From the NCBI RefSeq assembly GCF_003334305.1, contig NZ_QOWS01000033.1: DNA of 35,452 nucleotides. One strand, 5' to 3'. A program made the translations under genes and the position numbers. Origin of the DNA: Escherichia coli. Lineage in GTDB: Bacteria > Pseudomonadota > Gammaproteobacteria > Enterobacterales > Enterobacteriaceae. Of this stretch, positions 18,009 to 30,751 are shown in pieces (the first letter of the stretch is position 1; each line of letters opens with the position of its first letter). Below the pieces are notes generated by a model. The model ran no database searches, was not told where the DNA came from, and worked only from the letters and a program-made list of their open reading frames with translations.

Positions 18009-18800
18009 TTAGCTGATTAACTGCTGGACAATTCGGCTGCCGAAGTAGGCCAGTGTCAGGATGACTGCACCCGCAACGTTAAACCAGACGACACGGCGTC
18101 CACGCCATCCTTCATGATAATGTCCCCACAGCAGCACAATATAGACAAACCACGCCACGATAGAGAGCACGGCCTTGTCGATATTTTCCATGCTAAATAA
18201 GTTGTGCATGTAGAACAGGCCAGTGCAAAGCGTGAGCGTTAGTAGCACCACGCCAATCTGCGTGATGTGGAACATTTTACGCTCGATACTCATCAATGGC
18301 GGCATTTCTTGGTTAAACGCCAGCTTCTTGTTCTTCAGTTGGTAATCAATCCACGCCAGTTGTAGCGCGTACAGGGCGGCAATTATCAGCGTGGCATAGG
18401 AAAAGAGCGATAAGCCAATGTGCACCAGCATCCCAGGCGTTGCTTCCAGATGGGTGATGTATTCATTGGGCATGAAGGTCGCCAGCGCCAGGTTGATAAG
18501 CGCAAAGGCATAGACAATGGGTAGCAGCAACCAGCCACGATTGCGAGAAGCCACAATGGTCATTACCGTACAGATCATCAAACTGACCAATGAACCAACG
18601 TTCAGCAGGCTGAGGTTTTGTCCGCTATCACCGTCGGGCAGGATGCGGGCTTCCAGAGCGATTGCGTGGCAGACCAGCGCAATGACCGCAGAAATAATAG
18701 CCATGCGCCGCCAGCCGCCGTTTTTTTGCAGCAGACCGGGAACAATCAGCGCAAGACTGACGGAGTAGGCGACAAGCGCGAGCAGAGCAAAAACGGGCAT
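18009..18800 (-). CDS. ypjD: Inner membrane protein YpjD (cytochrome c assembly-like family)
   Basis: Polytopic membrane protein divergent from ffh; start placed at the internal Met (MPVFALLALVAY...) giving about 263 aa; the longer ORF start is less likely. Confidence 0.75.
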   Translation of the reverse strand: MPVFALLALVAYSVSLALIVPGLLQKNGGWRRMAIISAVIALVCHAIALEARILPDGDSGQNLSLLNVGSLVSLMICTVMTIVASRNRGWLLLPIVYAFALINLALATFMPNEYITHLEATPGMLVHIGLSLFSYATLIIAALYALQLAWIDYQLKNKKLAFNQEMPPLMSIERKMFHITQIGVVLLTLTLCTGLFYMHNLFSMENIDKAVLSIVAWFVYIVLLWGHYHEGWRGRRVVWFNVAGAVILTLAYFGSRIVQQLIS

Positions 18801-18966
18801 AGTGATGTCGACAGTTTGAGCAATAAGAAAGAGAAGCAGTATAGCGTCAGGTGAACGCTGCTCCAACCGTTGCATAACAACAAAGACGCCTTCATGTTAT
18901 ACTGCGGCAAAATACTGATGATGTGTCGCGATTGCGGCCAACCGTTTCCACCCCAGGCGAGAGACA

Positions 18967-20328
18967 ATGTTTGATAATTTAACCGATCGTTTGTCGCGCA
19001 CGCTGCGCAATATCAGTGGCCGTGGACGCCTCACTGAAGACAACGTAAAAGATACGCTGCGCGAAGTGCGCATGGCGCTGCTGGAGGCGGACGTCGCTCT
19101 GCCGGTAGTGCGTGAGTTTATCAATCGCGTAAAAGAGAAAGCGGTTGGTCATGAAGTTAATAAGAGCCTGACGCCGGGGCAGGAGTTCGTCAAAATCGTC
19201 CGTAACGAACTGGTTGCGGCGATGGGCGAAGAGAACCAGACCCTGAACCTGGCGGCGCAACCGCCTGCGGTCGTGCTGATGGCGGGCCTGCAAGGTGCCG
19301 GTAAAACAACCAGCGTTGGTAAACTCGGTAAGTTCCTGCGCGAGAAGCACAAGAAGAAAGTACTGGTGGTTTCTGCCGACGTTTATCGCCCGGCGGCAAT
19401 CAAACAGCTTGAGACGCTGGCAGAGCAGGTGGGCGTTGATTTCTTCCCTTCTGATGTTGGTCAGAAGCCGGTAGATATCGTTAACGCGGCGCTGAAAGAA
19501 GCCAAACTGAAATTCTACGACGTGCTGCTGGTGGATACCGCTGGTCGTCTGCACGTTGACGAAGCGATGATGGACGAGATCAAACAAGTCCATGCGTCGA
19601 TTAACCCGGTTGAAACCCTGTTTGTGGTTGACGCCATGACCGGTCAGGATGCGGCCAATACGGCAAAAGCATTCAATGAAGCGTTACCGCTTACCGGCGT
19701 AGTGTTGACCAAAGTGGACGGCGATGCCCGCGGCGGTGCGGCGCTCTCTATTCGTCACATCACTGGCAAACCGATCAAGTTTCTCGGTGTTGGCGAGAAA
19801 ACTGAGGCGCTGGAGCCGTTCCATCCGGACCGCATCGCGTCGCGTATTCTCGGCATGGGCGACGTACTGTCGCTGATCGAAGATATCGAAAGCAAAGTTG
19901 ACCGCGCGCAGGCAGAGAAATTAGCCAGCAAGCTGAAAAAAGGCGACGGCTTCGATCTCAACGATTTTCTTGAGCAACTGCGCCAGATGAAAAATATGGG
20001 CGGCATGGCTAGCCTGATGGGCAAGCTGCCGGGCATGGGGCAGATCCCGGATAATGTTAAGTCGCAGATGGACGATAAAGTGCTGGTGCGTATGGAAGCC
20101 ATCATCAACTCGATGACGATGAAAGAGCGCGCTAAGCCAGAAATCATCAAAGGTTCGCGTAAGCGTCGTATCGCTGCCGGTTGCGGTATGCAGGTGCAGG
20201 ACGTGAACCGCCTTCTGAAGCAGTTCGACGACATGCAGCGCATGATGAAGAAAATGAAGAAAGGCGGAATGGCGAAGATGATGAGAAGCATGAAGGGTAT
20301 GATGCCCCCAGGCTTCCCTGGTCGCTAA
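18967..20328 (+). CDS. ffh: Signal recognition particle protein Ffh
   Basis: 453 aa with SRP54 GTPase motifs (GLQGAGKTT, DTAGR, TKVDGD) and a Met-rich C-terminal M domain. Confidence 0.95.
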   Translation: MFDNLTDRLSRTLRNISGRGRLTEDNVKDTLREVRMALLEADVALPVVREFINRVKEKAVGHEVNKSLTPGQEFVKIVRNELVAAMGEENQTLNLAAQPPAVVLMAGLQGAGKTTSVGKLGKFLREKHKKKVLVVSADVYRPAAIKQLETLAEQVGVDFFPSDVGQKPVDIVNAALKEAKLKFYDVLLVDTAGRLHVDEAMMDEIKQVHASINPVETLFVVDAMTGQDAANTAKAFNEALPLTGVVLTKVDGDARGGAALSIRHITGKPIKFLGVGEKTEALEPFHPDRIASRILGMGDVLSLIEDIESKVDRAQAEKLASKLKKGDGFDLNDFLEQLRQMKNMGGMASLMGKLPGMGQIPDNVKSQMDDKVLVRMEAIINSMTMKERAKPEIIKGSRKRRIAAGCGMQVQDVNRLLKQFDDMQRMMKKMKKGGMAKMMRSMKGMMPPGFPGR

Positions 20329-20498
20329 TCGGCCTGGCTTGTTTGCCATTTTGGCACCGGGATGTGCTCGTCATCCTCACGTACTGCGTGTACGCTCCGG
20401 TGACTGCGCGCACTCCGGCACCAAACTGGCTGCACCGCCGACGGCCTTTTACAGCAGAGTTAGCAACTGTTGATTGCAATTCCCGCAAAAATGAGTAA

Positions 20499-20825
<327 letters not shown>

Positions 20826-20843
20826 TCTGTCACGGTGGTCATG

Positions 20844-21392
20844 ATGAGCAAACAACTCACCGCGCAAGCACCTGTTGATCCCATCGTTTTGGGGAAAATG
20901 GGTTCGTCTTACGGTATTCGTGGGTGGCTCAGAGTGTTTTCTTCCACCGAAGACGCCGAAAGCATTTTTGACTATCAGCCCTGGTTTATCCAGAAGGCGG
21001 GTCAGTGGCAGCAAGTCCAGCTGGAAAGCTGGAAGCACCACAATCAGGACATGATCATCAAGCTGAAAGGCGTTGACGATCGTGATGCGGCGAACCTGCT
21101 GACGAATTGTGAAATTGTCGTGGATTCATCGCAGCTGCCTCAGCTTGAAGAGGGGGACTACTACTGGAAAGACCTGATGGGCTGCCAGGTAGTAACCACT
21201 GAAGGCTACGATCTCGGTAAAGTCGTCGATATGATGGAAACCGGATCTAATGACGTTCTCGTCATTAAGGCAAACCTGAAAGATGCGTTTGGTATCAAGG
21301 AACGTCTCGTACCGTTCCTCGATGGGCAGGTTATCAAGAAAGTCGATCTCACTACTCGTTCAATCGAAGTAGATTGGGATCCTGGTTTTTAA
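20844..21392 (+). CDS. rimM: Ribosome maturation factor RimM
   Basis: Operon position and translation; start placed at the MSKQL Met. Confidence 0.9.
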
Positions 21393-21422
21393 ACCACCGG
21401 ATAAACGGTAAAAGACGGCGCT

Positions 21423-22190
21423 ATGTGGATTGGCATAATTAGCCTGTTTCCTGAAATGTTCCGCGCAATTACCGATTACGGGGTAACTGGCCGGGCAGTT
21501 AAAAATGGCCTGCTGAGCATCCAGAGTTGGAGTCCTCGCGACTTCACGCATGACCGGCACCGTACCGTGGACGATCGTCCTTACGGCGGCGGACCGGGGA
21601 TGTTAATGATGGTGCAACCCTTGCGGGACGCCATTCATGCAGCAAAAGCCGCGGCGGGTGAAGGCGCAAAGGTGATTTATCTGTCACCACAGGGACGCAA
21701 GCTTGATCAAGCGGGCGTCAGCGAACTGGCAACGAATCAAAAATTGATTCTGGTGTGCGGTCGCTACGAAGGTATAGATGAGCGCGTGATCCAAACCGAA
21801 ATTGACGAAGAATGGTCAATCGGCGATTACGTTCTCAGTGGTGGTGAGTTACCAGCAATGACGCTGATTGACTCCGTTTCCCGGTTTATTCCGGGAGTAC
21901 TGGGACATGAAGCCTCGGCAACGGAAGATTCCTTTGCTGAAGGATTGCTGGATTGCCCGCACTATACGCGGCCTGAGGTGTTAGAAGGGATGGAAGTTCC
22001 GCCAGTGTTACTGTCGGGCAACCATGCCGAGATACGTCGCTGGCGTTTGAAACAGTCGCTGGGCCGTACCTGGCTTAGAAGACCTGAACTTCTGGAAAAC
22101 CTGGCTCTGACTGAAGAGCAAGCAAGGTTGCTGGCGGAGTTCAAAACGGAACACGCACAACAGCAACATAAACATGATGGGATGGCGTAA
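21423..22190 (+). CDS. trmD: tRNA (guanine37-N1)-methyltransferase TrmD
   Basis: 255-aa translation; operon position. Confidence 0.95.
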
Positions 22191-22228
22191 GCCCCCGAGA
22201 TATCAGTTTACCCAGGATAAGAGATTAA

Positions 22229-22579
<351 letters not shown>

Positions 22580-22607
22580 GATTTCGCTTAAGCGACATCC
22601 TGTTAAG

Positions 22608-22640
22608 AAGGGCTGGCCAATTGGCTGGCCCTTTTTTTAT
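22608..22640 (+). terminator. Rho-independent terminator after rplS
   Basis: GGGCTGGCCAATTGGCTGGCCC hairpin followed by TTTTTTT. Confidence 0.6.
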
Positions 22641-22655
22641 CTGTTTGCTCGTGTT

Positions 22656-23138
22656 TTAAGGGGTAGTAATCACCACTGCGACGCGGCGGTTCTCGGCGCG
22701 GCCCTGGGCGGTCTTGTTACTGGCTATGGGATATTTTTTTCCTAAACCCTGTGTGGTGAGATTGCTGCGTGGAATTTGTCCACCCATAGCCCATGCATCG
22801 GCCACGACATTCGCCCGTTTCAATGATAAGCCTTCGTTGTAACTGTCTTCACCATAGTTATCGGTGTGTCCATCCATACGGGCATGTGTTAGCCCTGTCG
22901 AGGCCAATTTGGCTGCCATGGTTTGGATCTGTTGCTGGCTTTCCGGGAGCAATTTGTAGTCATTTTTTGCGAACAGAATGGCATCTGATAAGCCCAGCGA
23001 CCAGTCGCCGGCGGATTCAGTAAATCCATAAGATTGCATAGCGGCGACTTGCTCAGGAGTAAACTTTCCCTGAGGGGACTGGCAGCCAGTCAGTATTAGT
23101 GAGGTGAAAATCAGGGGTGCTACCAGGTGCTTTATCAT
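22656..23138 (-). CDS. yfiB: OmpA-family lipoprotein YfiB
   Basis: Lipobox (LTGC) and OmpA-like C-terminus; last gene of the yfiR-yfiN-yfiB cluster. Confidence 0.85.
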   Translation of the reverse strand: MIKHLVAPLIFTSLILTGCQSPQGKFTPEQVAAMQSYGFTESAGDWSLGLSDAILFAKNDYKLLPESQQQIQTMAAKLASTGLTHARMDGHTDNYGEDSYNEGLSLKRANVVADAWAMGGQIPRSNLTTQGLGKKYPIASNKTAQGRAENRRVAVVITTP

Positions 23139-23153
23139 ATCGATATATCCTTG

Positions 23154-24380
23154 TTATCTCACCAGCTTTTCGGCACGCTGGTGTTTGGCCTGATACATAT
23201 TGTGATCGGCAAGCTCTTGTAATTTTTCCGCAGAGGCGTGCTCAATGGTCATCGCGTAACCAATGCTTAATGTCATGGTGGTCTGATGGCCATTATGAAG
23301 ATCAAACGGGAGATTAAAGATTTGTGTCAGTGCTGAGCATATCTGCTGCACTTCAGATTCTGACTGTACATCATAGAGCACCATAGCGAATTCATCGCCG
23401 CCCAGGCGGTATGCTTTATGTCGCAGCCCGCCAAATTCAGCTAACCGTTTTGCGATTTCAATCAAGACCCTATCGCCCGTCGCATGACCCCAGGTATCAT
23501 TGATGTATTTGAAATTATCGCCATCAAGAAATAGTAACGCCGACGTTTTTCGGGCATCGGAATTGTTCATCAACGTGTTGATGCCGCTACGAAACGCTGC
23601 GCGGTTAGCCAGCCCGGTTAATGGGTCATGTAGCGCGGTACGTAGAAGCTGCGCATTTTTAGCCTGTAAACGAAGCTGCCACTCTTCCATTTCATCCAGC
23701 AGACTGTTGAAGTCGAGAGCGAAGCGGTGAAACTCAGCGATACGTTCTTCCGAAACTCGTCGGGAAAAATTGCGGTTGGAACGCACATCATGTACGACAT
23801 CGGTGATATTTTTCAGTGCTTCCACCAGGCCATTGTGCAAATGGCGGGTGAGGGTAATTGCGATTCCTGATGCCAGCAGAATACAACCGGTCAGTACGGC
23901 GAGCGAAAACCAGATAAAATGGCTGATTGAACTGTCGCGAGCGGTTAAGCGTACTTCGCCAATGGTTTCGCCATTGTGACGAATCGGCTGAATGATGGGG
24001 GCAGGGAAGAGCCAGTGGCTTATGAAATTGCTGAAAGTATCGCCTGGATCCTTACGGGTGTAATGCCAGGATGCCAGAATATTTTGCTGCTTATCACGTA
24101 CTTCTGCAGTTGAAAATTGCCCTTGCTGGCCCAGCGCTGCCAGTGTTTCAGTTGCTGCAGGGCCATCGGCAAAAACGACAGCTGCTTCCAGACTGTAAGT
24201 CATTGTTGCTGCTGTCAGTGCCAGGTTTTTTTGCGCGTACTGTTTCAGGGTCAGCACCGAGGTCACGGAAAGCAGCAACCAGATCAGCATCATAGTGATA
24301 AATATGCTGGTCATACTGATGTTGCGTAATGCTCTTTTAAACGTGGGGCGCTTATTAAGAGAATTATCGTTATCCATCAT
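23154..24380 (-). CDS. dgcN: Diguanylate cyclase DgcN (YfiN), GGDEF domain
   Basis: N-terminal transmembrane/HAMP region and a C-terminal GGDEF-type domain (RLGGDEF). Confidence 0.85.
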
Positions 24381-24888
24381 TTTTCTTCCGTGCGAGCATT
24401 AAGACATCCGGGTTGACCTTTACACCGCTACGCGATAAGGCATCCAGGTTTACGGCAAATCTGACGTCATTATTGTGGATGATCAGACAAAAGGCGCTAC
24501 CAATAATGCACTCGGTATTTTGTTCGGCAATTAATAATAACGCCTTTGACGGATATTGTTCGGTTAATTCCATCTGGAATGTCGGTGACTCGTTGCCAAA
24601 ATAAAAACCATTGCAGCCTGAAATCATCGCCTCTTGTTGAGTGTGAATGATGACAGGCAGATAAGGCAAAGATGTCGCGGCATTCTCTTGTAGGGCGGTA
24701 CTAAAACGTGAAGATGAAAAGATACATAACTTTGGTGGCCCTGATAGCGCAGGCCAGCGGGTGTAACTGACAATACCGGAAACCATCATACGCACGTTTT
24801 TCGCAACGTCAGAAGGCTCCTGAGCGAGTATTGGTGCTCCCGTCAGCAGGAGAATCAGAAGTAAGAACAGTCGGTGAGAAAAACGCAT
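24370..24888 (-). CDS. yfiR: Periplasmic repressor of DgcN, YfiR
   Basis: 172 aa with a signal peptide; overlaps the start of yfiN. Confidence 0.8.
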
Positions 24889-25037
24889 TCAGGGATCCCC
24901 ACCATCTTCGCTCGAAATGCATCGATATTTTTTCAGAATGCTCATTAAAATATCATTTTTTCATGCGATCGTCATCAATGTGAGAAATAAAACACAATGA
25001 GTAAAATCTTATGTTTAATTTATTTGTGGGGTTTTAA

Positions 25038-25403
25038 TTAATTTAATCGTATTGTGCTGGCATTTTCATCAGCCCCTTTTTGCCATACTTCATGCAGTTG
25101 GCTGGCATTTTCAACATTGTTGCAGCTGGCAGGAAAGCTTTTACCGGAAAGTCCCCGGGCATAAGTAAAATCGGTCTGGCAAGTTTTCTTTTGTCCTTCG
25201 GCATATCCTTTAAGGTATAGACCGCGATCCGCCTGTGAATCGCTAAATGCATCGTCATCTTTTATGGCGCTGCCCGATATCGCATCTTCCATACCAACAT
25301 CATACCAGTCGGTGCTGGTCAAGGTTGGCGCGTGAGTATAAGGATCAATCTGACATCCGCTAACCAGTAAAGCCAACAAGGGGGCGATAAACTTTTTCAT
25401 CAT
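25038..25403 (-). CDS. yfiL: Lipoprotein YfiL
   Basis: Signal peptide with lipobox (LVSGC); start placed at the MMKKF Met. Confidence 0.65.
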   Translation of the reverse strand: MMKKFIAPLLALLVSGCQIDPYTHAPTLTSTDWYDVGMEDAISGSAIKDDDAFSDSQADRGLYLKGYAEGQKKTCQTDFTYARGLSGKSFPASCNNVENASQLHEVWQKGADENASTIRLN

Positions 25404-25448
25404 TTCTTTCTCCTTTTTCAAAGCATAGCGGATTGTTTTCAAAGGGAG

Positions 25449-25518
25449 TGTAAACTTATCTATACAGAAGTAAGGGTTGAAATCGCGACTAAATTGCCTG
25501 TGTAAATAAAAATGTACG
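25449..25518. promoter_or_regulatory. TyrR boxes in the aroF promoter region
   Basis: TGTAAA-N6-TATACA at 25449-25466 and TGTAAA-N6-TGTACG at 25501-25518 fit the TGTAAA-N6-TTTACA TyrR consensus, upstream of aroF. Confidence 0.45.
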
Positions 25519-25612
25519 AAATATGGATTGAAAACTTTACTTTATGTGTTATCGTTACGTCATCCTCGCTGAGGATCAACTATCGCAAACGAGCATAAAC
25601 AGGATCGCCATC

Positions 25613-26683
25613 ATGCAAAAAGACGCGCTGAATAACGTACATATTACCGACGAACAGGTTTTAATGACTCCGGAACAACTGAAGGCCGCTTTTCCATTGA
25701 GCCTGCAACAAGAAGCCCAGATTGCTGACTCGCGTAGAACCATTTCAGATATTATCGCCGGGCGCGATCCTCGTCTGCTGGTAGTATGTGGTCCTTGTTC
25801 CATTCATGATCCGGAAACTGCTCTGGAATATGCTCGTCGATTTAAAGCCCTTGCCGCAGAGGTCAGCGATAGCCTCTATCTGGTAATGCGCGTCTATTTT
25901 GAAAAACCCCGTACCACTGTCGGCTGGAAAGGGTTAATTAACGATCCCCATATGGATGGCTCTTTTGATGTAGAAGCCGGGCTGCAGATCGCGCGTAAAT
26001 TGCTGCTTGAGCTGGTGAATATGGGACTGCCACTGGCGACGGAAGCGTTAGATCCGAATAGCCCGCAATACCTGGGCGATCTGTTTAGCTGGTCAGCAAT
26101 TGGTGCTCGTACAACGGAATCGCAAACTCACCGTGAAATGGCCTCCGGGCTTTCCATGCCGGTTGGTTTTAAAAACGGCACCGACGGCAGTCTGGCAACA
26201 GCAATTAACGCTATGCGCGCCGCCGCCCAGCCGCACCGTTTTGTTGGCATTAACCAGGCAGGGCAGGTTGCGTTGCTACAAACTCAGGGGAATCCGGACG
26301 GGCATGTCATCCTGCGCGGTGGTAAAGCGCCGAACTATAGCCCTGCGGATGTTGCGCAATGTGAAAAAGAGATGGAACAGGCGGGACTGCGCCCGTCTCT
26401 GATGGTAGATTGCAGCCACGGTAATTCCAATAAAGATTATCGCCGTCAGCCTGCGGTGGCAGAATCCGTGGTTGCTCAAATCAAAGATGGCAATCGCTCA
26501 ATTATTGGTCTGATGATCGAAAGTAATATCCACGAGGGCAATCAGTCTTCCGAGCAACCGCGCAGTGAAATGAAATACGGTGTATCCGTAACCGATGCCT
26601 GCATTAGCTGGGAAATGACCGATGCCTTGCTGCGTGAAATTCATCAGGATCTGAACGGGCAGCTGACGGCTCGCGTGGCTTAA
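25613..26683 (+). CDS. aroF: Tyr-sensitive DAHP synthase AroF
   Basis: 356-aa translation from [11 protein letters not shown]...; followed by tyrA. Confidence 0.95.
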   Translation: MQKDALNNVHITDEQVLMTPEQLKAAFPLSLQQEAQIADSRRTISDIIAGRDPRLLVVCGPCSIHDPETALEYARRFKALAAEVSDSLYLVMRVYFEKPRTTVGWKGLINDPHMDGSFDVEAGLQIARKLLLELVNMGLPLATEALDPNSPQYLGDLFSWSAIGARTTESQTHREMASGLSMPVGFKNGTDGSLATAINAMRAAAQPHRFVGINQAGQVALLQTQGNPDGHVILRGGKAPNYSPADVAQCEKEMEQAGLRPSLMVDCSHGNSNKDYRRQPAVAESVVAQIKDGNRSIIGLMIESNIHEGNQSSEQPRSEMKYGVSVTDACISWEMTDALLREIHQDLNGQLTARVA

Positions 26684-26693
26684 GAGGTTTATT

Positions 26694-27815
26694 ATGGTTG
26701 CTGAATTGACCGCATTACGCGATCAAATTGATGAAGTCGATAAAGCGCTGCTGAATTTATTAGCGAAGCGTCTGGAACTGGTTGCTGAAGTGGGCGAGGT
26801 GAAAAGCCGCTTTGGACTGCCTATTTATGTTCCGGAGCGCGAGGCATCTATGTTGGCCTCGCGTCGTGCAGAGGCGGAAGCTCTGGGTGTACCGCCAGAT
26901 CTGATTGAGGATGTTTTGCGTCGGATGATGCGTGAATCTTACTCCAGTGAAAACGACAAAGGATTTAAAACACTTTGTCCGTCACTGCGTCCGGTGGTTA
27001 TCGTCGGCGGTGGCGGTCAGATGGGACGCCTGTTCGAGAAGATGCTGACACTATCGGGTTATCAGGTGCGGATTCTGGAGCAACATGACTGGGATCGAGC
27101 GGCTGATATTGTTGCCGATGCCGGAATGGTGATTGTTAGTGTGCCAATCCACGTTACTGAGCAAGTTATCGGCAAATTACCGCCTTTACCGAAAGATTGT
27201 ATTCTGGTTGATCTGGCATCAGTGAAAAATGGACCATTACAGGCCATGCTGGCGGCGCACGATGGCCCGGTACTGGGGTTACACCCGATGTTCGGCCCGG
27301 ACAGCGGTAGCCTGGCAAAGCAAGTTGTGGTCTGGTGTGATGGACGTAAGCCGGAAGCATACCAATGGTTTCTGGAGCAAATTCAGGTCTGGGGCGCTCG
27401 GCTGCATCGTATTAGCGCTGTCGAGCACGATCAGAATATGGCGTTTATTCAGGCTCTGCGCCACTTTGCTACTTTTGCTTATGGGCTGCATCTGGCAGAA
27501 GAAAATGTTCAGCTTGAGCAACTTCTGGCGCTCTCTTCGCCGATTTACCGCCTTGAGCTGGCGATGGTCGGGCGACTGTTTGCTCAGGATCCGCAGCTTT
27601 ATGCCGACATTATTATGTCGTCAGAGCGTAATCTGGCGTTAATCAAACGTTACTATAAGCGTTTCGGCGAGGCGATTGAGTTGCTGGAGCAGGGCGATAA
27701 GCAGGCGTTTATTGACAGTTTCCGCAAGGTGGAGCACTGGTTCGGCGATTACGCACAGCGTTTTCAGAGTGAAAGCCGCGTGTTATTGCGTCAGGCGAAT
27801 GACAACCGCCAGTAA
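26694..27815 (+). CDS. tyrA: Bifunctional chorismate mutase / prephenate dehydrogenase TyrA
   Basis: 373-aa translation; operon with aroF. Confidence 0.95.
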   Translation: MVAELTALRDQIDEVDKALLNLLAKRLELVAEVGEVKSRFGLPIYVPEREASMLASRRAEAEALGVPPDLIEDVLRRMMRESYSSENDKGFKTLCPSLRPVVIVGGGGQMGRLFEKMLTLSGYQVRILEQHDWDRAADIVADAGMVIVSVPIHVTEQVIGKLPPLPKDCILVDLASVKNGPLQAMLAAHDGPVLGLHPMFGPDSGSLAKQVVVWCDGRKPEAYQWFLEQIQVWGARLHRISAVEHDQNMAFIQALRHFATFAYGLHLAEENVQLEQLLALSSPIYRLELAMVGRLFAQDPQLYADIIMSSERNLALIKRYYKRFGEAIELLEQGDKQAFIDSFRKVEHWFGDYAQRFQSESRVLLRQANDNRQ

Positions 27816-27821
27816 TAATCC

Positions 27822-27852
27822 AGTGCCGGATGATTCACATCATCCGGCACCT
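27822..27852. terminator. Bidirectional terminator between convergent tyrA and pheA
   Basis: GTGCCGGATGA-TTCACATC-ATCCGGCAC palindrome with flanking T/A runs. Confidence 0.55.
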
Positions 27853-27857
27853 TTTCA

Positions 27858-29018
27858 TCAGGTTGGATCAACAGGCACTACGTTCTCACTTGGGTAACAG
27901 CCCAATACCTTCATTGAACGGGTAATTTCCCCTAACTCTTTCAATGCTTTTTGCATTTCCGCTGATTCAAGATTGGCCTGAATATCCAGATAAAACATCT
28001 CTTCCCATGGATTACCGTGAATCGGGCGTGATTCCAGACGGGTCATAATCAGATTGTGGTTGCGCAGCACCAGCAACGCTTCAACCAGCGCACCGGCTTG
28101 TTGCCCGGTCGCCATTAACAACGTCGTTTTCGCCGGAACCTGGTCAGACACGTTAATGGCTTTACGTGCCAACACCACAAATCGGGTGAAGTTTTGTTGC
28201 TGATTCGCTTCAATACGCTCCAGTACCTGCAAACCGTACAAAGTGCCGCCAGCTTCGCTTCCCAACGCAGCAACATGCGGTGATTTTGCCTGTGCAACCT
28301 TTTCCATTGCCGCAGACGTACTTTCGGTATATTCAATCTTCCAGTGAGGATAACGATTAAGGAATTTGCTGCATTGCTGGAATGGCTGCGGATGGCTGTA
28401 GACCGTATTAATGGTGGATAAATCAGTCGTGCCGGAGACCAACAAACAATGGTCGATAGTTAACGTCATCTCGCCAACAATCGACAAGCTGGTATGTTGC
28501 AGCAGATCGTAAACGTCGTTTATGGCACCGGAGCTGGTATTTTCAATCGGTACGACGGCATAGTCGGCCTGGCCGGTTTCCACCTGATTAAAAATATCGG
28601 CAAATTTGGCGCAGCCACTTTCAATGAATTGCTCAAAGTGACGGGCAGCATACTGGCGCGCCGCAAGATGGGAATAAGAACCTTTGGGGCCGAGAAAAGC
28701 GATGCGTGCTGAGTGCGGATTAATTTTATTGAGATGTTGCTGGAGCAAAGCCTGCTGAGTTAATACGGAATCTTCAATGATGAGCTGGAACAGGCGAGTA
28801 ATGTAATGGGCGTCCAGATGGTGCGCTTTACCGAGCGTAATTAATCTTTCCAGTAAATCGCGTTCACGATCAATATCTCGTACCGGGCGATGCGAGAGCA
28901 GTTTGGCTTTTCCTACCTCGACGGCCAATTCGCGCCGCTCTGCCAGTAATGCTAATAATTTTTCATCCAGCGCGCTGATTTTCTCTCGCAGCGCCAGTAA
29001 CGGGTTTTCCGATGTCAT
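27858..29018 (-). CDS. pheA: Bifunctional chorismate mutase / prephenate dehydratase PheA
   Basis: 386-aa translation; leader peptide and attenuator lie upstream. Confidence 0.95.
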   Translation of the reverse strand: MTSENPLLALREKISALDEKLLALLAERRELAVEVGKAKLLSHRPVRDIDRERDLLERLITLGKAHHLDAHYITRLFQLIIEDSVLTQQALLQQHLNKINPHSARIAFLGPKGSYSHLAARQYAARHFEQFIESGCAKFADIFNQVETGQADYAVVPIENTSSGAINDVYDLLQHTSLSIVGEMTLTIDHCLLVSGTTDLSTINTVYSHPQPFQQCSKFLNRYPHWKIEYTESTSAAMEKVAQAKSPHVAALGSEAGGTLYGLQVLERIEANQQQNFTRFVVLARKAINVSDQVPAKTTLLMATGQQAGALVEALLVLRNHNLIMTRLESRPIHGNPWEEMFYLDIQANLESAEMQKALKELGEITRSMKVLGCYPSENVVPVDPT

Positions 29019-29039
29019 AGTGTTGCCTTTTTGTTATCA

Positions 29040-29075
29040 ATAAAAAAGGCCCCCCGATTTGGGAGGCCTTATTGT
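29040..29075 (-). terminator. pheA attenuator terminator hairpin
   Basis: On the minus strand GGCCTCCC-AAATC-GGGGGGCC followed by a T-run, between pheL and pheA. Confidence 0.6.
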
Positions 29076-29116
29076 TCGTCTTCGCATTCTGTTTCACACG
29101 ACGAAACGCCTCCCAT

Positions 29117-29164
29117 TCAGGGGAAGGTAAAAAAGAATGCGAAGAAAAACGGTGTGTGTTTCAT
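29117..29164 (-). CDS. pheL: pheA leader peptide, 15 aa, Phe-rich ([15 protein letters not shown])
   Basis: Direct translation of the reverse complement gives seven Phe codons in 15. Confidence 0.85.
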   Translation of the reverse strand: [15 protein letters not shown]

Positions 29165-29267
29165 GTTTGTTTCCTTAAGTGACTTTAGTACAGTACCCGT
29201 ACTGTTTTCACGCTGTCAACAAAAAACGCGCCCGAAGGCGCGTTGGCGATACACTCAATATAAAGGA

Positions 29268-29663
<396 letters not shown>

Positions 29664-29879
29664 TCAAAATGTGTGATGGGAATCTCATAATTTTGTCACT
29701 TTTTGTCAACGAATCTTTTTTGTGAGAAATCGCAGGAAGAGGTGTTTTTTTACTTGAGGAATATCTCAAAGCGAGCCATATTTGATGAGATCGATAGTGA
29801 CTAAATCGCTTCAGTTTCACAACTAACAGAATAAAAAAACGGCAGCTCAAGGGCTGCCGTTTTGTATTTCAGGTTTCTG

Positions 29880-30617
29880 TTATGTATTGCTGCTGTTTGC
29901 GGCGATGATTTTCGCTACTTTTTCAGCTTGCGCATTCATCTGCATCTGACGGTATGCATTTTCCATCAGCGGCAGCGCATCACGCGTAGCCTGGGTATCC
30001 GGGTAGTCGCGCAACATTCCTTCTACGCGGTTAACGACGGCAACCCATGCGCCACGTTCTGTATAGTACTCGGCCACGGAGTATTCATATTTCGCCAGAC
30101 GATCTTTCAGGAATACCAGACGTTTGGTGGCATCGGTGGTGTACTGACTGTTTGGATAGCCGCGCACCAGTTTGGAAAAGTCACTAAACGCAGCTCGTGC
30201 ATGTTGAGGATCGCGATCGCTACGGTCAACGCCAAAGAACCCTTGCAGCGCACTGTCATCCAGCGCCATATTGGTCAGGCCACGCATGTACATGACATAA
30301 TCGATATTCGGATGGGTCGGGTTAAGGCGAATAAAACGATCGATGGCAGCCTGCGCTAACGGCAAATCGGCGTTTTTATAGTAGGCGTAGATGAGATCCA
30401 GCTGCACCTGCTGCGAATACGGACCAAACGGATAGCGATTATCTAACGCTTCCAGTTGCGTTATTGCCTGTCTCCAGTTACCGTCCTGCAGCTTTTGTTG
30501 TGCAGTCGCGTAAATTTCATTTGGCGGATTATCAGGTACTTCTTCCTTTGACCCCGAGCAACCCGCCAAAAACAGGCTTAGTGTGGCGGCTGCCACCAGA
30601 TATTTCATGCGCGTCAT
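29880..30617 (-). CDS. bamD: Outer membrane protein assembly factor BamD (YfiO)
   Basis: 245-aa TPR-like lipoprotein (LAGCSG lipobox); divergent from rluD. Confidence 0.9.
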
Positions 30618-30751
30618 GACGTTTTGACTTTCCTCAAAATGTAATACGGGAGATTCTCTGTTCCTGCTCCCGGTTAAGACCAGCTACAATAGCACACTAT
30701 ATTAAACGGCAAAGCCGTAAAACCCCAACGATAAACGAAGAAGCAGTATAT

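Noticed and set aside
18979-20349. Several minus-strand ORFs (142-204 aa) inside ffh
   Set aside because: Antisense to ffh, which has intact GTPase motifs; no support.
22656-24888. yfiR-yfiN-yfiB as a possible accessory signalling island
   Set aside because: This c-di-GMP module is a conserved core locus at this position in E. coli and relatives, flanked by core genes with no compositional break.
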